Below, piece after piece: positions 48,713 to 62,239 of a stretch of DNA of 64,000 bases. The position numbers were made by a program, and so were the translations under genes. The notes beneath the pieces were generated by a model that searched no databases, had not been told where the DNA came from, and saw only the letters and a list, made by a program, of their open reading frames with translations. Numbering within the stretch: the stretch's first letter is position 1; every line of letters begins with the position of its first letter. This stretch comes from Podarcis filfolensis (taxonomy: Eukaryota), in the NCBI GenBank assembly GCA_964270895.1, contig OZ185439.1; one strand, given 5' to 3'.

Positions 48713-51302
48713 AATGTATCATGACCGTGAGTACAGAACCATGAGCTTAGCTAGATATTACATGCATATACATGCATTTAAATATCAAATGATGATTTTA
48801 AGAAGCAGAAACGGCTTCAAGAGTGTACATAACCCCTCCCGCCTGCCATTTTCCTGCTGCAAGTTCCTGCTTCCCAGGCTGCTTTTCCCCAAACACTGTT
48901 CTAGATGTATATTTTTTTCTGTCTTCTCACAAGCATGAGTCTGGAGCCCAGTTTGCAGGGAGAAGCATTGCAGTGGGAAAATGGTACACAGGAGTAAGAT
49001 TAGGCACCCTCTTCTCTCCTGCCACTACTGCTTGCTGAAAACAGCCAGCTCCTGAAGTCACTTTTCCTTGCTCAAAGCACCCACCCACCCACCCTATGAA
49101 ATCTCTGCTGCCCCTGGGTCCTTCTGCATTTTGAACCTTTAGCAGACGTTGCTAACATTTTCCAAAATGTAATATAACTGTTTCCTGTTTCTTATAAAGC
49201 TGACCACATTCCATGTTAGAAGAATAAATTATTTTCTTTAGAGATCCCCAAATGCCTGCTGTAGGTCCAATTCACCTGTGCCTTCTGGATTTGGTGAAGT
49301 CAGTATGAGATGATTTTAGCTATGGCCATTTCATATGGTGAGTATGCTGGCTTCATACACCCTATTATAGTCAGAGCTAATGCTTACTATGACCCATGGC
49401 GAACAAGCCCTCATCCTCATCTGTGTCACAGTATATGTGGAATTTGTTACCCAGTCATTTAATATTAATTTTAATAATATACTTAGGGTGCAGTCATAGA
49501 ATAATTTTGAAGGGAAAATCACCACTGTGAGATCCCCCCTCCATAATGCTGGCATTGCAAAAATCTCTTTATGCTGACCTGATCACACAATGCTGACAAA
49601 AAAGGTAACATTGATGTGATGTTGTAAAATCACCTCACACTGAGTTCCCCAGCTAACATGAGAATCAGGCTTGTGTATGCAACCAACTGTTAACAGGTAA
49701 CCAACAGTTATTGTATTTAAATAATCATGTGGACAGATAATATGACGATACATATTGGGTTTTAACAAAAAAAGTGTTTTTAAAAATGAAAAAAGCATGG
49801 AAAATAAAATTAATATCTTAAGGCACAAATATGATGCTAATAATAGGCCACTTTTAACTTCATTTATTTGGAAATCTGCTTGTGCTATGTATTGAAATCA
49901 AGAACTTTAAGGACATTTTGCAGCCTGAGATGATGGACTCATGTCCCTTCACTCAGTTCCATGAACAGAAGTCCATAGGACTGGCAACTGACTCTTGCTC
50001 CAACACTGGCAACAGGATAACATCTTCCATTGCAGCTAAGGGCAGGAGGCTACCTTAGGAGGTGCAGGACAGGCTATGTGGCCCCACAGCTATGACCTCA
50101 AACACCTTGCCTCACTCATGCACTGTGCCACCTGGCACCTGCTCACTACCTGGTCAAACAAGCATTGCAATTCAGCAGCAGTGGTGCCAATGCCTGGGCA
50201 CCAGCTCAGGATGATGTGTATGTCTGATCGCAGAGTATGTCCCCCAGTACCTGCTGCCAAATGTGGCTGCCTCAGGTTTTCTAATAATATGACTCACCCT
50301 GTCTGTATCTTTGGTTTCCTATCCTAATTAGATACAGTGAAAAGGTGTTGAAGTAAGAAAATCCTTAAACAAGTCAGGCTTCATTGCAGCAGTCAATTTA
50401 ACACACTGATTTGAATGAGATTACGAAGACAATGTTATTTGTAATCTCTTAACTCTGCCCCTGTAGACCAATTCCTTGGACACATTCCTCAGCAGGCAGC
50501 TTTTGTTTTAACCTTTAAATGCTTGCTGAAAACTTTTCCATGCTGCCAAGCTTATGCAGGCAATTAAGAAAACACATTTCAATAATAGGTGATGGTCTCT
50601 GATTTTAAGTTTTTACAAAGTTTTATTGTATATAGATACTGTGGTTGAAACCGTACTTGATTTTTATGATATAGCAGCATATAAATATATTCATAAAGAA
50701 ATGATAATATTTTTGACTAGAAACTAAGGAGAAATATCCAAATCCTCACTTTCCTTCTCAAAAAGTGTCCCACAGAAACCTCAACTTCCTGTTTAAACTC
50801 TCTGAATTCAAAAAGTGCATTGTGGTTTCGGGGGCCAAAAGCTCTTAAAAGGGGGAAATCAGAGGAACAGCATGTACACACGGGAAAAAAATCTCCCTTC
50901 ATAAAGCTCCTGTGATAAACCCTAAATGTCTTTATGAACTCTAGATACGTTAAAGCTAAGCTTAGAGGTTCTGTGTTAGGCATGCATGGGAGGGGTCCAA
51001 ATGAGAAAGAAACACAGGAAAACCTGGGAGTGTGCACTTCAATGGAATGTAGACCCCAGGGATTTGAAATCCCAGAGTCTGAGGTTATACATTCCAAACT
51101 ACAGGGTTTTCCAGGGAAATCCCTCTCCCCATCTTTTCACATTATATATTTAGTGTAGCACCCATAAGACTCTTAAGGATCAGGTGCAAATGAGTTCAAT
51201 GTCCCTGTATCACACACTAATTAATATTAGTCTAAATTTATTTATAGGTTAGTAGAAAGCTGGGGGTGGGGTTTACACTTTTTGTCACTTGTTGTTCCAT
51301 AC

Positions 51303-51449
51303 CTACAGCCGCAAGTGCGGGTGGACCTGGCCAGTATTCTGTCTCAATCTTTGGAATCTCGTTGGGTGCTGGAGCGTGAGCTGCTGGGAACTTGGAGGAC
51401 TTGATGATATCATCGGAAGACTTGTTCTGGGCTGCCAGGGCAGCTGCAT
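51303..51449 (-). CDS. ABLIM1: ABLIM1 exon, 147 nt, or 141 nt from the tandem acceptor (DAAALAAQNKSSDDIIKSSKFPAAHAPAPNEIPKIETEYWPGPPALAAV)
   Basis: atctag|ATGCAG|CT...GTAG|gtatgg; SKFPAA and PKIETxxWPGPP are ABLIM family motifs. Confidence 0.95.
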   Translation of the reverse strand: MQLPWQPRTSLPMISSSPPSSQQLTLQHPTRFQRLRQNTGQVHPHLRL

Positions 51450-54400
51450 CTAGATCGCAATCAGGGGAACTTAAGCTATCAGATTAAGTTGCTGCATCAA
51501 TGCTATATGGTTCTTTTCTACTTCATGCTCTCTTACAATTGAAATAGTTAACACTATAAGCACTATTATTTCATCTCCTTATTCAGCAAGTGAGGGCCCC
51601 TCCAGACATCCTTTTTATTGTGCATTCTTGGTGGTGTTTGGACAGTTTTCTACAATCACTCTTTCAATACAGTTTGTGACTGCAAAAGTTTTGGGGCCGT
51701 CAAACTTCCCTGTATCCAATTGGTGCATGCTTTTTAGCTTCTTCTTGAAGTCCTGTTATTTCTTATAGCACAAATGTTCTGGGAGTGGCAGTGGTGGTTG
51801 TCCTGCTTTTGTTTGGCAATAGCACAGAAAATGCCCCTCCAGAGAGCAATAATGCAGTAACACTGGGGAAGCATCACAGAATGTAAATAAAGCTGAAGGT
51901 TCAGGATAAATCTGCCACTAACGCACTATTACTGTGTCAATGACAAGTGTAAGACACCGTGTGCCCCCACCCACCCACGGTAGAACACACACACACACAA
52001 ATAAAACTCCAGTCTGGAGAAGCCCTGATATAATACTCCTATTAACATATTGTGGCCAAATTTTAAGTTCTAATTTTTGCAAGAAAACCCCAAGTTTCAT
52101 GAGAACAGCGCATCTGAAGGATGCATACAATCACAGCATTAAATCAGAAGTTACAGTGGAGTTCTGTATTGGAGTGAGCCTGGCTTCCTCCCTCCTTTAC
52201 AATGTAAATAACAGACAAGCAAGTCATCCAAAAGCTTGAATTAAGCTATCTTGCATATTCCAAATGCTTCAGGGAGGCATATGGGATGCACACTTAATCA
52301 TTTAAAACAGGGAACCCATGGCCCCTCAGTTGTTGTTGAACTCCAACTACCATAAACCACAGACAGCATGGTCAGGGAGTGTAAGGTGCTGGATTTCAAC
52401 AACATCTGGAAGGCCAAGATGTCTGATTCAAATGCTCTTTAGTTGCCTCAGGCTGCTTTTTTTAAAGCAATTGCAAAATTGTTCCCAGGTCAATGGAGGT
52501 GGGTTTGTGACATCACAAGTGTCTGCTAATTAGCTGTATGTATAGCCAACTTCTGCAAAATTTCACGGGACCAGTTTTCCTGAGCTTGATCTGGGAGAGA
52601 AAATTGTTTTGTTTGAATAGAACACAAGTATATTTCCAGAGTGGCACTCTCATTTCAATAATCCTAGGTTTGTGCACAGCTTTAGAATGAATTTACAAAG
52701 CAAGTTCATTGGAACCACAGAAGCATTATATGGCATTCTCTCTTTTTTAAAGCAACTGCTGTTAATAAAAAGAAGAGTTCAGTGTGCCTCTTGGTTTCCA
52801 TGTAAGGCAAGAAGCCAGGGATATCTTAGTAGTGTTCTAGTGGATGTAATCTCATGACATTTTACAAAATTTCTCCAATGGGAATGAAATTTGCTGTGTA
52901 TTAATAACTGTAAACTTTCTACTGTATAATTACATTTCCTTAACACATCATTAAATAAATATTTTTTCATCAGTCCAAATCAGTAGTTGGGTAACTGCTA
53001 CATGATAATTAGCTTCATTTTATTTTGGTTAAAGCTCTTATTAAGCATCCTTGATGTTTACTTCAGAGCATTGTCATCACCATGTGAAATTGATCCCAAA
53101 GCAAGGTATAGTAATAGTGTAATATTTATCCTGGCAATTCACTTAGGGTGAAATTATGCTATCATTATGTATGAGGGAACATCACCATGAGATGCATGCA
53201 ACTGTTCTTAAGATCCATGTGTATTTGAAAAGAAGAAGGCAGATTTAATGCCAGTAAATAACAAAGAAAAAAATCACATCAGGGCAGAGTTTTATATATA
53301 AAAAATGACAGTGTAGTTTCACCCTTTGCTGTTTTCAATAACCAAATGTTGGGCTGATTCCACTGTGTATGAAGCAACTAAAAAAAGATTGAAAAGAATG
53401 TGAACTAGAAAAACTATTTCCCAAGATATATTTTGTGTCTTTACTATTTTAAGGTTTGTGTTTCTGAAAGCCTCCAAAGGGTATTTTCAGATGTCACAAA
53501 CTTAGCTAAAACAGAGGCTTGTATCAGAAAATGTTAGAAAGTTATACAGGGCTATGCTTGCATAAGAAGAGAAGGGGTAAATCCAGATATTATATTATAT
53601 TATATAAATATACTTCAATGTTTTAATGCTCCGTTCAAATGAATTTGGCCATTTAACCTGTGATCACTTAGAGGAAAGGTGTGAAACCACCAGCCAATGG
53701 ACCTAATCAGGCCCTGAACGGTTCTCAGTTTGACCCTTAAGACCCTTTCCCCTAAACCATGGCCATCTCAGCCTTAGACTGCAACTCCATGATATTTTAA
53801 AACTTTGTTAACATTTCTTAAAGTACATTTTTAAAGGAAAGTCCTGCGACTATTTAGTCATGCATGATGGAAGGGAAAGTCTTTATCAGATGCTACTACA
53901 TAGTTAAAACCTTAACTAGATTCATTCTCCAGAAGAAGAGAAAGTAGAGTGAAAGAATACTAACTTTTTAAAGTTTGCAAGTTATAATAAAATGTAGAAT
54001 TTTTAGGGAAGAGCAAACAAGAAACAAAAGATGTTTATTTGCAGAAGCCCCCTTACTATTTTGAAATATAATAAAAATTGTTCAGAAGGGATGTAACTAA
54101 CTGGATATATCTTGTGCATAGGCTTAAGTGAAACAAATGAAAGCTGCAAAAGAGTTTCATCCTGTGCAGACTGGCAGCTCTCTTTCATTTCAAAGGGGGC
54201 TTATGAACAAGAAAAGTTCCTGAAAAACTGTGAAGTCTTAATGCAGAAGTGAAGAACCTTTTTCAGACTGAGGGCACATTCCCTTCTAGGCAGCCTCCCA
54301 AGGGTGGGGGGCTCACAGGCAAAAGTGGGCAGAGCAATGAATGTAGATTTAACCTTTTTACAGTAGGTCAGTTTCTAAACATACTTAATATACCCCTTTC

Positions 54401-54778
54401 TATCCTACACCCAGGCAAGCAAGGGACACATTCCAGCCAGCCAAGATCAGTCCTAGAATGGTGTGGCTGGGGAGCAGCGGTGGGTGACTGAGGAGGGTGT
54501 GTAGCTTGAGGAGAGTCCTGAGGGCCAGAAGAGAAGTCTCATTTGATGCCCAGATCGGAGGTTTCCCATCCCTGCCTTTAACGGATAAGGAGCAGCTACC
54601 TTGGCTCATTGCTCAGGGAATTACAAAAACATGCCTTCCAACAGTACTTACGTATTAGAATTGATGAGGTCAGTGGCAAAAACATTCACATGTTAATGGG
54701 AGGTGAGTAGACACAATAAAAATCATAGAGAAATAAAAATGATGTCAAGAAAAAAATTAAATGGCATGATTAAAAATT

Positions 54779-54799
54779 AAATAATAATAATAATAATAC
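54779..54799. repeat. (AAT)n microsatellite
   Basis: aataataataataataataca; an imperfect one also lies at about 21178-21207. Confidence 0.85.
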
Positions 54800-56212
54800 A
54801 AATGCCACCCCATAATAACCATCAGCCCTCAAGCAATCTAAAACTTTTGCAGCCCTCAGCCACCCTGATCTTCCTACTATTTCTGTTTCCATGAGTCTTT
54901 ACCTAAAAGCTATAATTATAATTAGTTTCTTTCTAGATACCGTGAAAAATGTATTTTCATAGCCAGATCTCCAAAGACTACTGAAATTCCCTCAGAAAAT
55001 ACTGCAATGTGACCTTTGCTGTTAAAAAGAAATTGTGAATTGCTAATTGTGAATGCTCCATTGTCAGTGCAGAACTGCTGAGGAATAACTCCGCTATGAA
55101 GACACACTATTCGTTTTTTACTCAGAGCGTTCAACATTGGGCACATGTTGAAAGACACTCTGTAGTTACTACAGACATTCTACTGCTTTGCCCCTGCACT
55201 CAAAAGCAGATTCTTGTCAGTTCTACCTCATTTTAAGCTCAGTCGAGCACAGCAATACACAATGGAGACCAAGCTTGCTCCCATGCCAGCATCAATAAAA
55301 TGAATGAGGGTCGTGAGAGAGATGAGCGTGCTTGTTGGATTATGCTCTTTCAGTATTCATTGGGACCATGCCTTGGTCAAGTGACTTTCCCCATCATTTC
55401 TCATATTATTAAAGTGGGTATTCCACTTGGACAGGAAAACTGATTTAAAAACCTAACTGTTCCTGTCAGAGTTTTTTAGCTAGTTATGACAGTTTCCAAG
55501 AGATATGTTGCTTTCAATATTTCCAGATATATTAGTGCGATATCTTTAAGCAAATTTGCATGTGGAATGCTGGCCTGCTAGCTGTAGAACAACCCTACAT
55601 GACTGCAGCTTATATGACTGAAATAAAGGCCAATAAGACATGTACTATTCCTGTTTGCAAGCAGGGTACTACATAACAAAGTAGCCGTGATGGATTATCA
55701 TATTCTGCAAAACGACATTCAAAGCAGTGAGGCATACAGTGTAAAGTAATCCTTCATCTTACACGGGTTTGGTTCCAAGCATTATGCGTATGTGTGAAAA
55801 TTGCATATAGTCAAACCTTGGCGCTACCCTGCAGCTAGTGTATCTGCAGCACTCCCAGAGCCGGCGCAATGAGTAGGCCTTGCCCAGCAAGCAAGACCAA
55901 GAGTTTAAAAGCACATTTTGTGCCAGGTCTGCTTGTGTTACCCTGTGCCTTGCTTGGGAGTTGCACAATTTCAACCAGCCAGCTGCCAAACACATGTAAG
56001 ATGAGAGATTACTGTATCTTTCTGCCTTTCAAACACCTCTGTTTACATCAGAAAAAAATGAAACATAAAAGGTGATAAAGCAGGCAATAATCCGCTAATG
56101 TTACAAAAAGTTAACATGAAGACAAAGCTCTGGGTAAGTCAACAGTTCAGTCATGCAGCTATTTAATATATTAAGATTGTCCCACTTTGAAAACAGAAAG
56201 AATAAGGTTTAC

Positions 56213-56260
56213 CATGCTGTTTGTAGATAGGAGGTTTTCTATAAATATTGATGCCTTGAT
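56213..56260 (-). CDS. ABLIM1: ABLIM1 exon, 48 nt (DQGINIYRKPPIYKQH)
   Basis: tttttacag|AT...CATG|gtaaac; encodes the conserved ABLIM/dematin RKPPIYKQH motif. Confidence 0.96.
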
Positions 56261-56754
56261 CTGTAAAAATAAAAAGCAGAAACATGAGACTATTTGGACA
56301 TCTTCAATTAATGCTGGGAAAGAGGGAAGAAATCAAACACTAAATTGACAGGTATTCCAAACCGAGGACTTGGCACAAGTATCCAGGAAACTAATTTCAG
56401 TATCACATAAAAGAGAGAAGTATCTGATGAAAACAAAACACAAAAACAGATGGGAAAATATCACAGACAGATGACATGAAATCTTTGACATATAGAGTTG
56501 GCAACATGGTGATGTACCTAAAGGCATGGGCCATTCAGTTTAATGTCTTAGTAGATTGTTAGTGGGATAAACATTTCACAGGAGGTGCAACCAAAAGAGA
56601 TATGCCAGGGGTGGAGACAGGAGCATTCTGGCGGAAAATAGCCCCCAAATGACTACTGGGAAATTGTGCAAGAGCAGCTCAATTTCTCCTCCAACCACAG
56701 ACATCACAAATAGCAATGATGTACTTTCAAGGCTTCAGAACATGTTTCATTCAG

Positions 56755-56838
56755 TGCAATCCTATGTATGCCTACTCATAAGTAAGTCTCATTGAGAACA
56801 GTGGGACTTGCTTTCAGATAGATGTGTGAAGGATTGCA
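56755..56838. repeat. About 90-bp palindromic repeat copy
   Basis: Outer tgcaatcct/aggattgca is 9/9; inner aagtctcattg/cagtgggactt hairpin. Confidence 0.75.
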
Positions 56839-58624
56839 GTGTAAATCTGCCGTTTTGAAATGCAGCCATATTCTCCGTAATTCTATTGAGCCTCTGCAAT
56901 GTTTCTTACCACACTTATTGGTTTGGTGGTACAACCAACTCACACCACCACATATGTTCATATTCAGAAGCATTTTATGGCATAGAGCCTGGACTTAATA
57001 CAGTATTTCTCTAGCAATGACTTAAATAGTACAGAATGTTTTCATTTATTTATTTTAAATACATGCTTGGATATACTCTCAAGGAAAAGTTCATGTTCCT
57101 CTTAAATATAAAATGCACAGACACTGAAAATTAATATGACAACACAAACAAAATGGAGAGAGGATTCTTAGAAAGCTTGAGGTAGAGTAAAAAATAAATA
57201 ACCCAAAAACCATGTTCTTTGGGTTCTTGTTTTTTTTTTTAAAAAAAGACTTATCTGGGGTAACTCAGTAGACAAAGAAAACGGAATGCTATATTGTAGC
57301 CTGATCCTATGCATGTTTACTCAGTAGTGCCACTGTGTTCGGTGGGATTGCAGCCTCATAGTGGCAAGATATGTTTAATGCAGGCTATCCCTCTTAGATG
57401 TGTAGCAGCTAATTAATGGCTAGAATACATCAGTAATGGTCCAACTCTAAACCATAAAAAGGGTTATGCTGTTGGTTCAGCTCCACATTCCCCACCCTCC
57501 ACTATACCTTCTCTGTATGTTAAGCAGTTACAATATGTGTGTAATCTCTTAAGAATGTCTTGGAGATCCATGACCATGAAGGCAGATATTATATCAGCAG
57601 CAGTAGCTCCTAAGTCTGTGGCCAAAATTTTCAGCCAGACAGGCACGTCTATTACTTCCAGAGAAACAACTCTAATTGACACAGAAGAGAGTGGGGCCAT
57701 AATTCTTTATCTCCTCAAAATACAATGGAACAAGAGTTATTTGATACAAACTAACCCCAACTCAATGTTTTGCTTAATACTGAATAATGACATATCCATT
57801 GCTCACTGAGACTGCTCAAGAAACATTAAGCCACAGCCATTGCTAGAAAATGGCTACCAGGTTATCTGCAGCATTCGCAGCAGACAATACTATAAAAGCA
57901 GAGCGTAATATACACGAGGTTGAACTTTTAGCAGTATCACTGGCTCCTTCTCAAGCAGTAAAAAGTGTACAGAAGCAAAGTAAATAATGTGAAGCTTAAA
58001 TGTTAAATTAATGATTTGCATCAATGAGAACTACTTCACACAGGAATCTACAGATTTAAGGCCCCAAATGAAGCCTACCAGAGGGCGCCACAGTAACAAC
58101 TAGATGCAATAAGTCTGTTTAAGCAATATTATTCTTAACAGAAAGCACAGTCATTGTGCCACAAAAAATGCAAAGTGTTTGACAGTGCAATTCTAAGTAT
58201 GGTTGCTCAGGTCCCATTGAGTTCCATTAGACGGGCTTCCTAGTATTTTTGTTTAGGATTGTAACCTGAATCCTGCCTCTTAAAGTCATGAAAAACAGAA
58301 ACTAACAAGTAAGATGTGTTTGGTGCTACCAAGGAGTGGCTTGGGCCATGTACATGATGTTCTTAGCAAACTACATTGTATCCTCCCTATTCCAAAATCT
58401 CTAAGAGAAAGATTTAATTTCAACGCTTAAATCTTTCTGCGGCCAGCTTTTTCTAATTCCTCTCAAAATAAAACTAACAAGCCCTGCATTTCAAAGCAGT
58501 TCATGGTATACTCCAAAAAACAAACGAACTAAACAGCATGAGATAATGGAGACAAGACAAGGGTTACAAAGGCTACTGGTCTACACTATGACAGGACACC
58601 AAGACATACATTGCCAGCTCCTAC

Positions 58625-58729
58625 CTGGAACATGGAAATGTTTAGGGGCCTGAGCGTAAGTTGGTGTTAGAGGGCGACTGTCTGGCCGGTAAGGGGCAGG
58701 GGAGTTCCGACCGCTGGACGGCTCATTGC
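58625..58729 (-). CDS. ABLIM1: ABLIM1 internal exon, 105 nt, phase 1-1 (GNEPSSGRNSPAPYRPDSRPLTPTYAQAPKHFHVP)
   Basis: Translation closely matches the remembered mammalian ABLIM1 segment GNEPSSGRNSPLPYRPDSRPLTPTYAQAPKHFHVP. Boundaries are ttggag|GC and CCAG|gtagga. Confidence 0.93.
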
Positions 58730-59949
58730 CTCCAATGAGGAGAATGGGGAAACAGAAACAAAAACAAAAACAGCAGTAAAGAAGCAGGCATAATTCAAAA
58801 ACCCAACCAAAAGACGGTGGAAAAGGAAAACCAGGGAGGAAACGAACAAAAAATATATATAGTTGGTAGTCAGGAAATATGGCTAGCATTGGAAGGCACT
58901 GCTAGTCTGTGCTAAGAGAGACATTCACATCAGGCTGGAATCAGGCAGCTTGCATCCTCTCATTTGTACATTCCAACAACATGCGTGAGGAAGAATGCAG
59001 TCAAATTAAATGGACAAGCCGTGGAGCGGAATGGGAAGTTACGTGGTAATGATTTAATATCAGCCAGGGTTCACACTTTCAGTTGAAGAGTCATGGCATT
59101 TGGCAAAGTCATTGCTAGGCAAACCCCAAGTCAAATTATCTGCACCCTTAGAAGAGAATCATTCATTTCAAATGATCATACATGTACGAGAAGGAGAAAA
59201 GCTTCAGATTAATTATTCTGGTTTGCTCTTTCTTTGATTGATCAAACTAGCATAAATAAATAACTACACTCCCTTCTCTCTAGGGTCTTGTTTTTCATCT
59301 CATCTCCAGGAAATTCTCTTATGGTAGGTATGATGAGCCTGTGGCCCTCGCAATGAGGCTGAACTCTAACTCCTGTCAGCAGATCCATACAGAACTTGTC
59401 TGGGGCCAGGGGCTGGAGTCTTGTTAGAATCAAGTTATAAACTCAAACAGCACAAGTTCAGCAGGCCCCTGACAGGCTCCCCCAGCCAGCTTAGCACTCT
59501 AAAGGTCCAGGACAAGTGTACCCGGCTGTCTTCCCCTCTGCACAGGCCTGTCTGACAGTCCTGGGCAGCATGGCCAATCGTCAGGGATGACAGGAGTTGT
59601 AATCCAACAACTGCTAGAGGGGGGGAGGGGGCACATGGGGAGCTGTTCTACTGACACTTTCCCACATTTTCATTCATGAACAGAAGCAGTCAAAGTATGT
59701 TTTCCCTTCAGTGCCAACTGCACAGCCAGTGATACATAGTGATTAAGTGAGTGACTGAAAGTTTGGACTGGAGATTCCTTCTAATCAACAGGGAGACCAA
59801 TGCATTGTCGTATAAACTCCAATTGTGTGAAATACAGCTGCACACATAGGTGTTTTATGCTTGCATGGAAGGGACAGCGTATAAAACCTGTCCAAGCTTT
59901 TCAAGCTTGAACTATGTCAACAGGACTCTGAATCACTTTATATGTCCTA

Positions 59950-60215
59950 TGTTGTTAGCCTGCTCTTCAACCCAAAGGGTCTTCAGAGCAGCTCACAAAT
60001 GAAGAGGATTAGAAACAGTCAACTAAAACAAATACAGCAATTATAAAGCCAGTGTAACAGCGGAAGCCAATATTAAAAGTAGATTAAAAAGAGCTAAGCA
60101 AGATTAAAACCATTATTCAAATGGTATCTAAAATGCCTAGACAACTAAAACAGTCTACAAGTGGCACCGTAAGGTAACAGAGTCAACACCAGGTGAGCCT
60201 CCCTGGAAAGGGCCT
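59950..60215 (-). mobile_element. L2-type LINE 3' fragment
   Basis: A-rich reverse 3' UTR followed by ccaggtgagcctccctgg, typical of squamate L2 as remembered. Confidence 0.45.
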
Positions 60216-61631
60216 GTGTCTGCTATTGAGTGGCACTCTCTGATACAGTTTTCTGATGTGCGAACTGTTCCTTTAAAAACCTGGGAGTGGATTTTCAATA
60301 TGCTGAAGGGAGGGAATCCAATTCATTCACTTCATAGATTACTCAACTCATCCCAAAAGCTCAGGATCAGGAAGAACTTAGTTTATGTCTATCCTCATAC
60401 ACGCGGCTTTTCAAAGACACGAGCGATCAGTATCAGTGCTAAAAAAATGTGAATGATTGCTTGGAGATAGACATATATTTTCTGTAGAATATGTATTTAT
60501 TAGAAAATAAACATTAAATCAATTGATGTGGTGTATTTACAGTGGGTTATGGTAACCTCTTTATTTGCTCTCAGGAGCTGGAGGGAAATTAATCGTGCAT
60601 TTAACAGGACATACATGAAAGCAAGTTGAAACAACTTTAGACTGTCTCTGCATGGCAGCTCTTCTACACATCATGCATGTGTGGCAGTGGTGCGGAGAGA
60701 AAACGGACACTGGAAACCAGTCCTCATGGAGTGGCTGCTATGTGGCTTCAAGTGGCCTCCATGTGGCTTTTATGCTATGCTAACTTTGTTTGTTCAAGGC
60801 AACATTTTACAGTACAAAATTGGGATGCACCATCATGTGGTTCTCAACCTGCTAGAAATCTCCTACAAACATGGACATTAAACTTTTTTAAAAAGAGGAA
60901 TTGGTTATCAGCTTTTAATCACACTTTTTTTTTTTAACCTCTGTTTGGCTCTCTAGTAAAATTGCATTGAAATGCTATTTACAGAAAGCTGAACGGTGAC
61001 AGTAATCTCTACTGACAAGCATTAAATGGAAAGAACACAGGACCCTTGATATTCTGGTCAAACAGACCTGTGCTACAGACTGAGCCACAGATTTACATAT
61101 CTGTGAATAGAGGCCAATATGAGCCGCTGAATTGTGCCTAACATGTCGTTAGCTAAAGCAGGAAAATGTATCTGTTAGAATGACACTTGGAAGGAAGGAA
61201 GCATCAGCAAAGAGGGAGTGAAAATGGGTAAGAACAACAACACAAAGTCCCTCTGGGTATTGGAGAGGGGTGTCACAAGAGAGCTGAGACATGGCATACC
61301 TATGTAGAATGGAGCCGCATCTGAGAAAAGAAAAGGAAAAAAGTCATGTACAGAAATGAGGATAAAACAAAAGGGAGAATAGAGCTGAATGCGTTCATGA
61401 GAACCATGGCGGTACTCTTCAACTAAAAAAAGGAGAAAAAACATATGGCTATGTAAGCACATGTAATTAAAGGGTGGGGGAGTGCAGAAAGCAGTCATGG
61501 GAAGCACAGTGCTACTTTTTGGTTCTCAATCCAGCAGATAAGCTTATCAATAATTTTTAAGAGAAACTATCAATTGGTGCATGGCACAGGCCATTTGGTT
61601 TTCGCCTACCTCGTAGCAATCGTCCCAACTT

Positions 61632-62061
61632 TGTAAGGTTTTGCGGTTAGGCATTGTTTGACCTTTTGACGGGGGAGGGGAGGCATGGCCATCACCTGCC
61701 CCTCCAAGCTTAAGGGTATTCTGTTAAAGGAATCCAGGGGTGTGGATCTTGTCCGAAGCCCGGGGCGGGGCTAGGGCCATGACACGACCCTGTCAGGAAC
61801 AGCTGGGGGAGCTTGAGTTGGTCTGCATTGACGGGGCTCCCCATTCTGGTGGTTTACCCTTACTGGACTCCCTGCACAGTGGGCAGGAGTCAGATATAAT
61901 TGGGTCCATTCAATGCCTAAGCCAATTACCACTCACATTCTGTAATCAATAAAGTTGTGGCCAAAATATGCCCAACAACATTAACCTAATATCTGTGTCC
62001 TGGTGTGTTTTATTCCTCAAGGAGGGGGGGGCTGTGGGGTCTAGACACGAAAATCTTAACC
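61632..62061 (+). mobile_element. Probable solo LTR (Gypsy/ERV-like), antisense to ABLIM1
   Basis: Starts TGTAAGGTTTTGCG and ends CACGAAAATCTTAAC (imperfect terminal IR); GC box 61762-61770, TATA-like 61893-61900, AATAAA 61948-61953 followed by a GT-rich stretch. Confidence 0.6.
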
Positions 62062-62239
62062 CTTCCCCTCTCACATGTTCCTGTCTACTGCTTTTCTTTC
62101 TCATGTCTCGTTTTTTTTTTATCCATATGACTGACAATCAGTTGTTTTATAAGGACTTGAATTTTCTCCCCATCCTACTTGTGAAACTCCCTATACCTAT
62201 AATGCAGTGGCAATTTTGGGAGATGGAGGGGAGGGGGTT

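Noticed and set aside
59290-59390. DLLTGVRVQ...HRLIIPTIR similarity to the ELLSPGVQR...HHFIPHIK exon
   Set aside because: No AG acceptor or GT donor at the required positions; probably chance.
60541-60577. Exon candidate ccctccag|CTCCTGAG...CCACT|gtaaat
   Set aside because: Has an in-frame TAA in the required phase 1 and only a moderate donor; nothing distinguishes it from a pseudo-exon.
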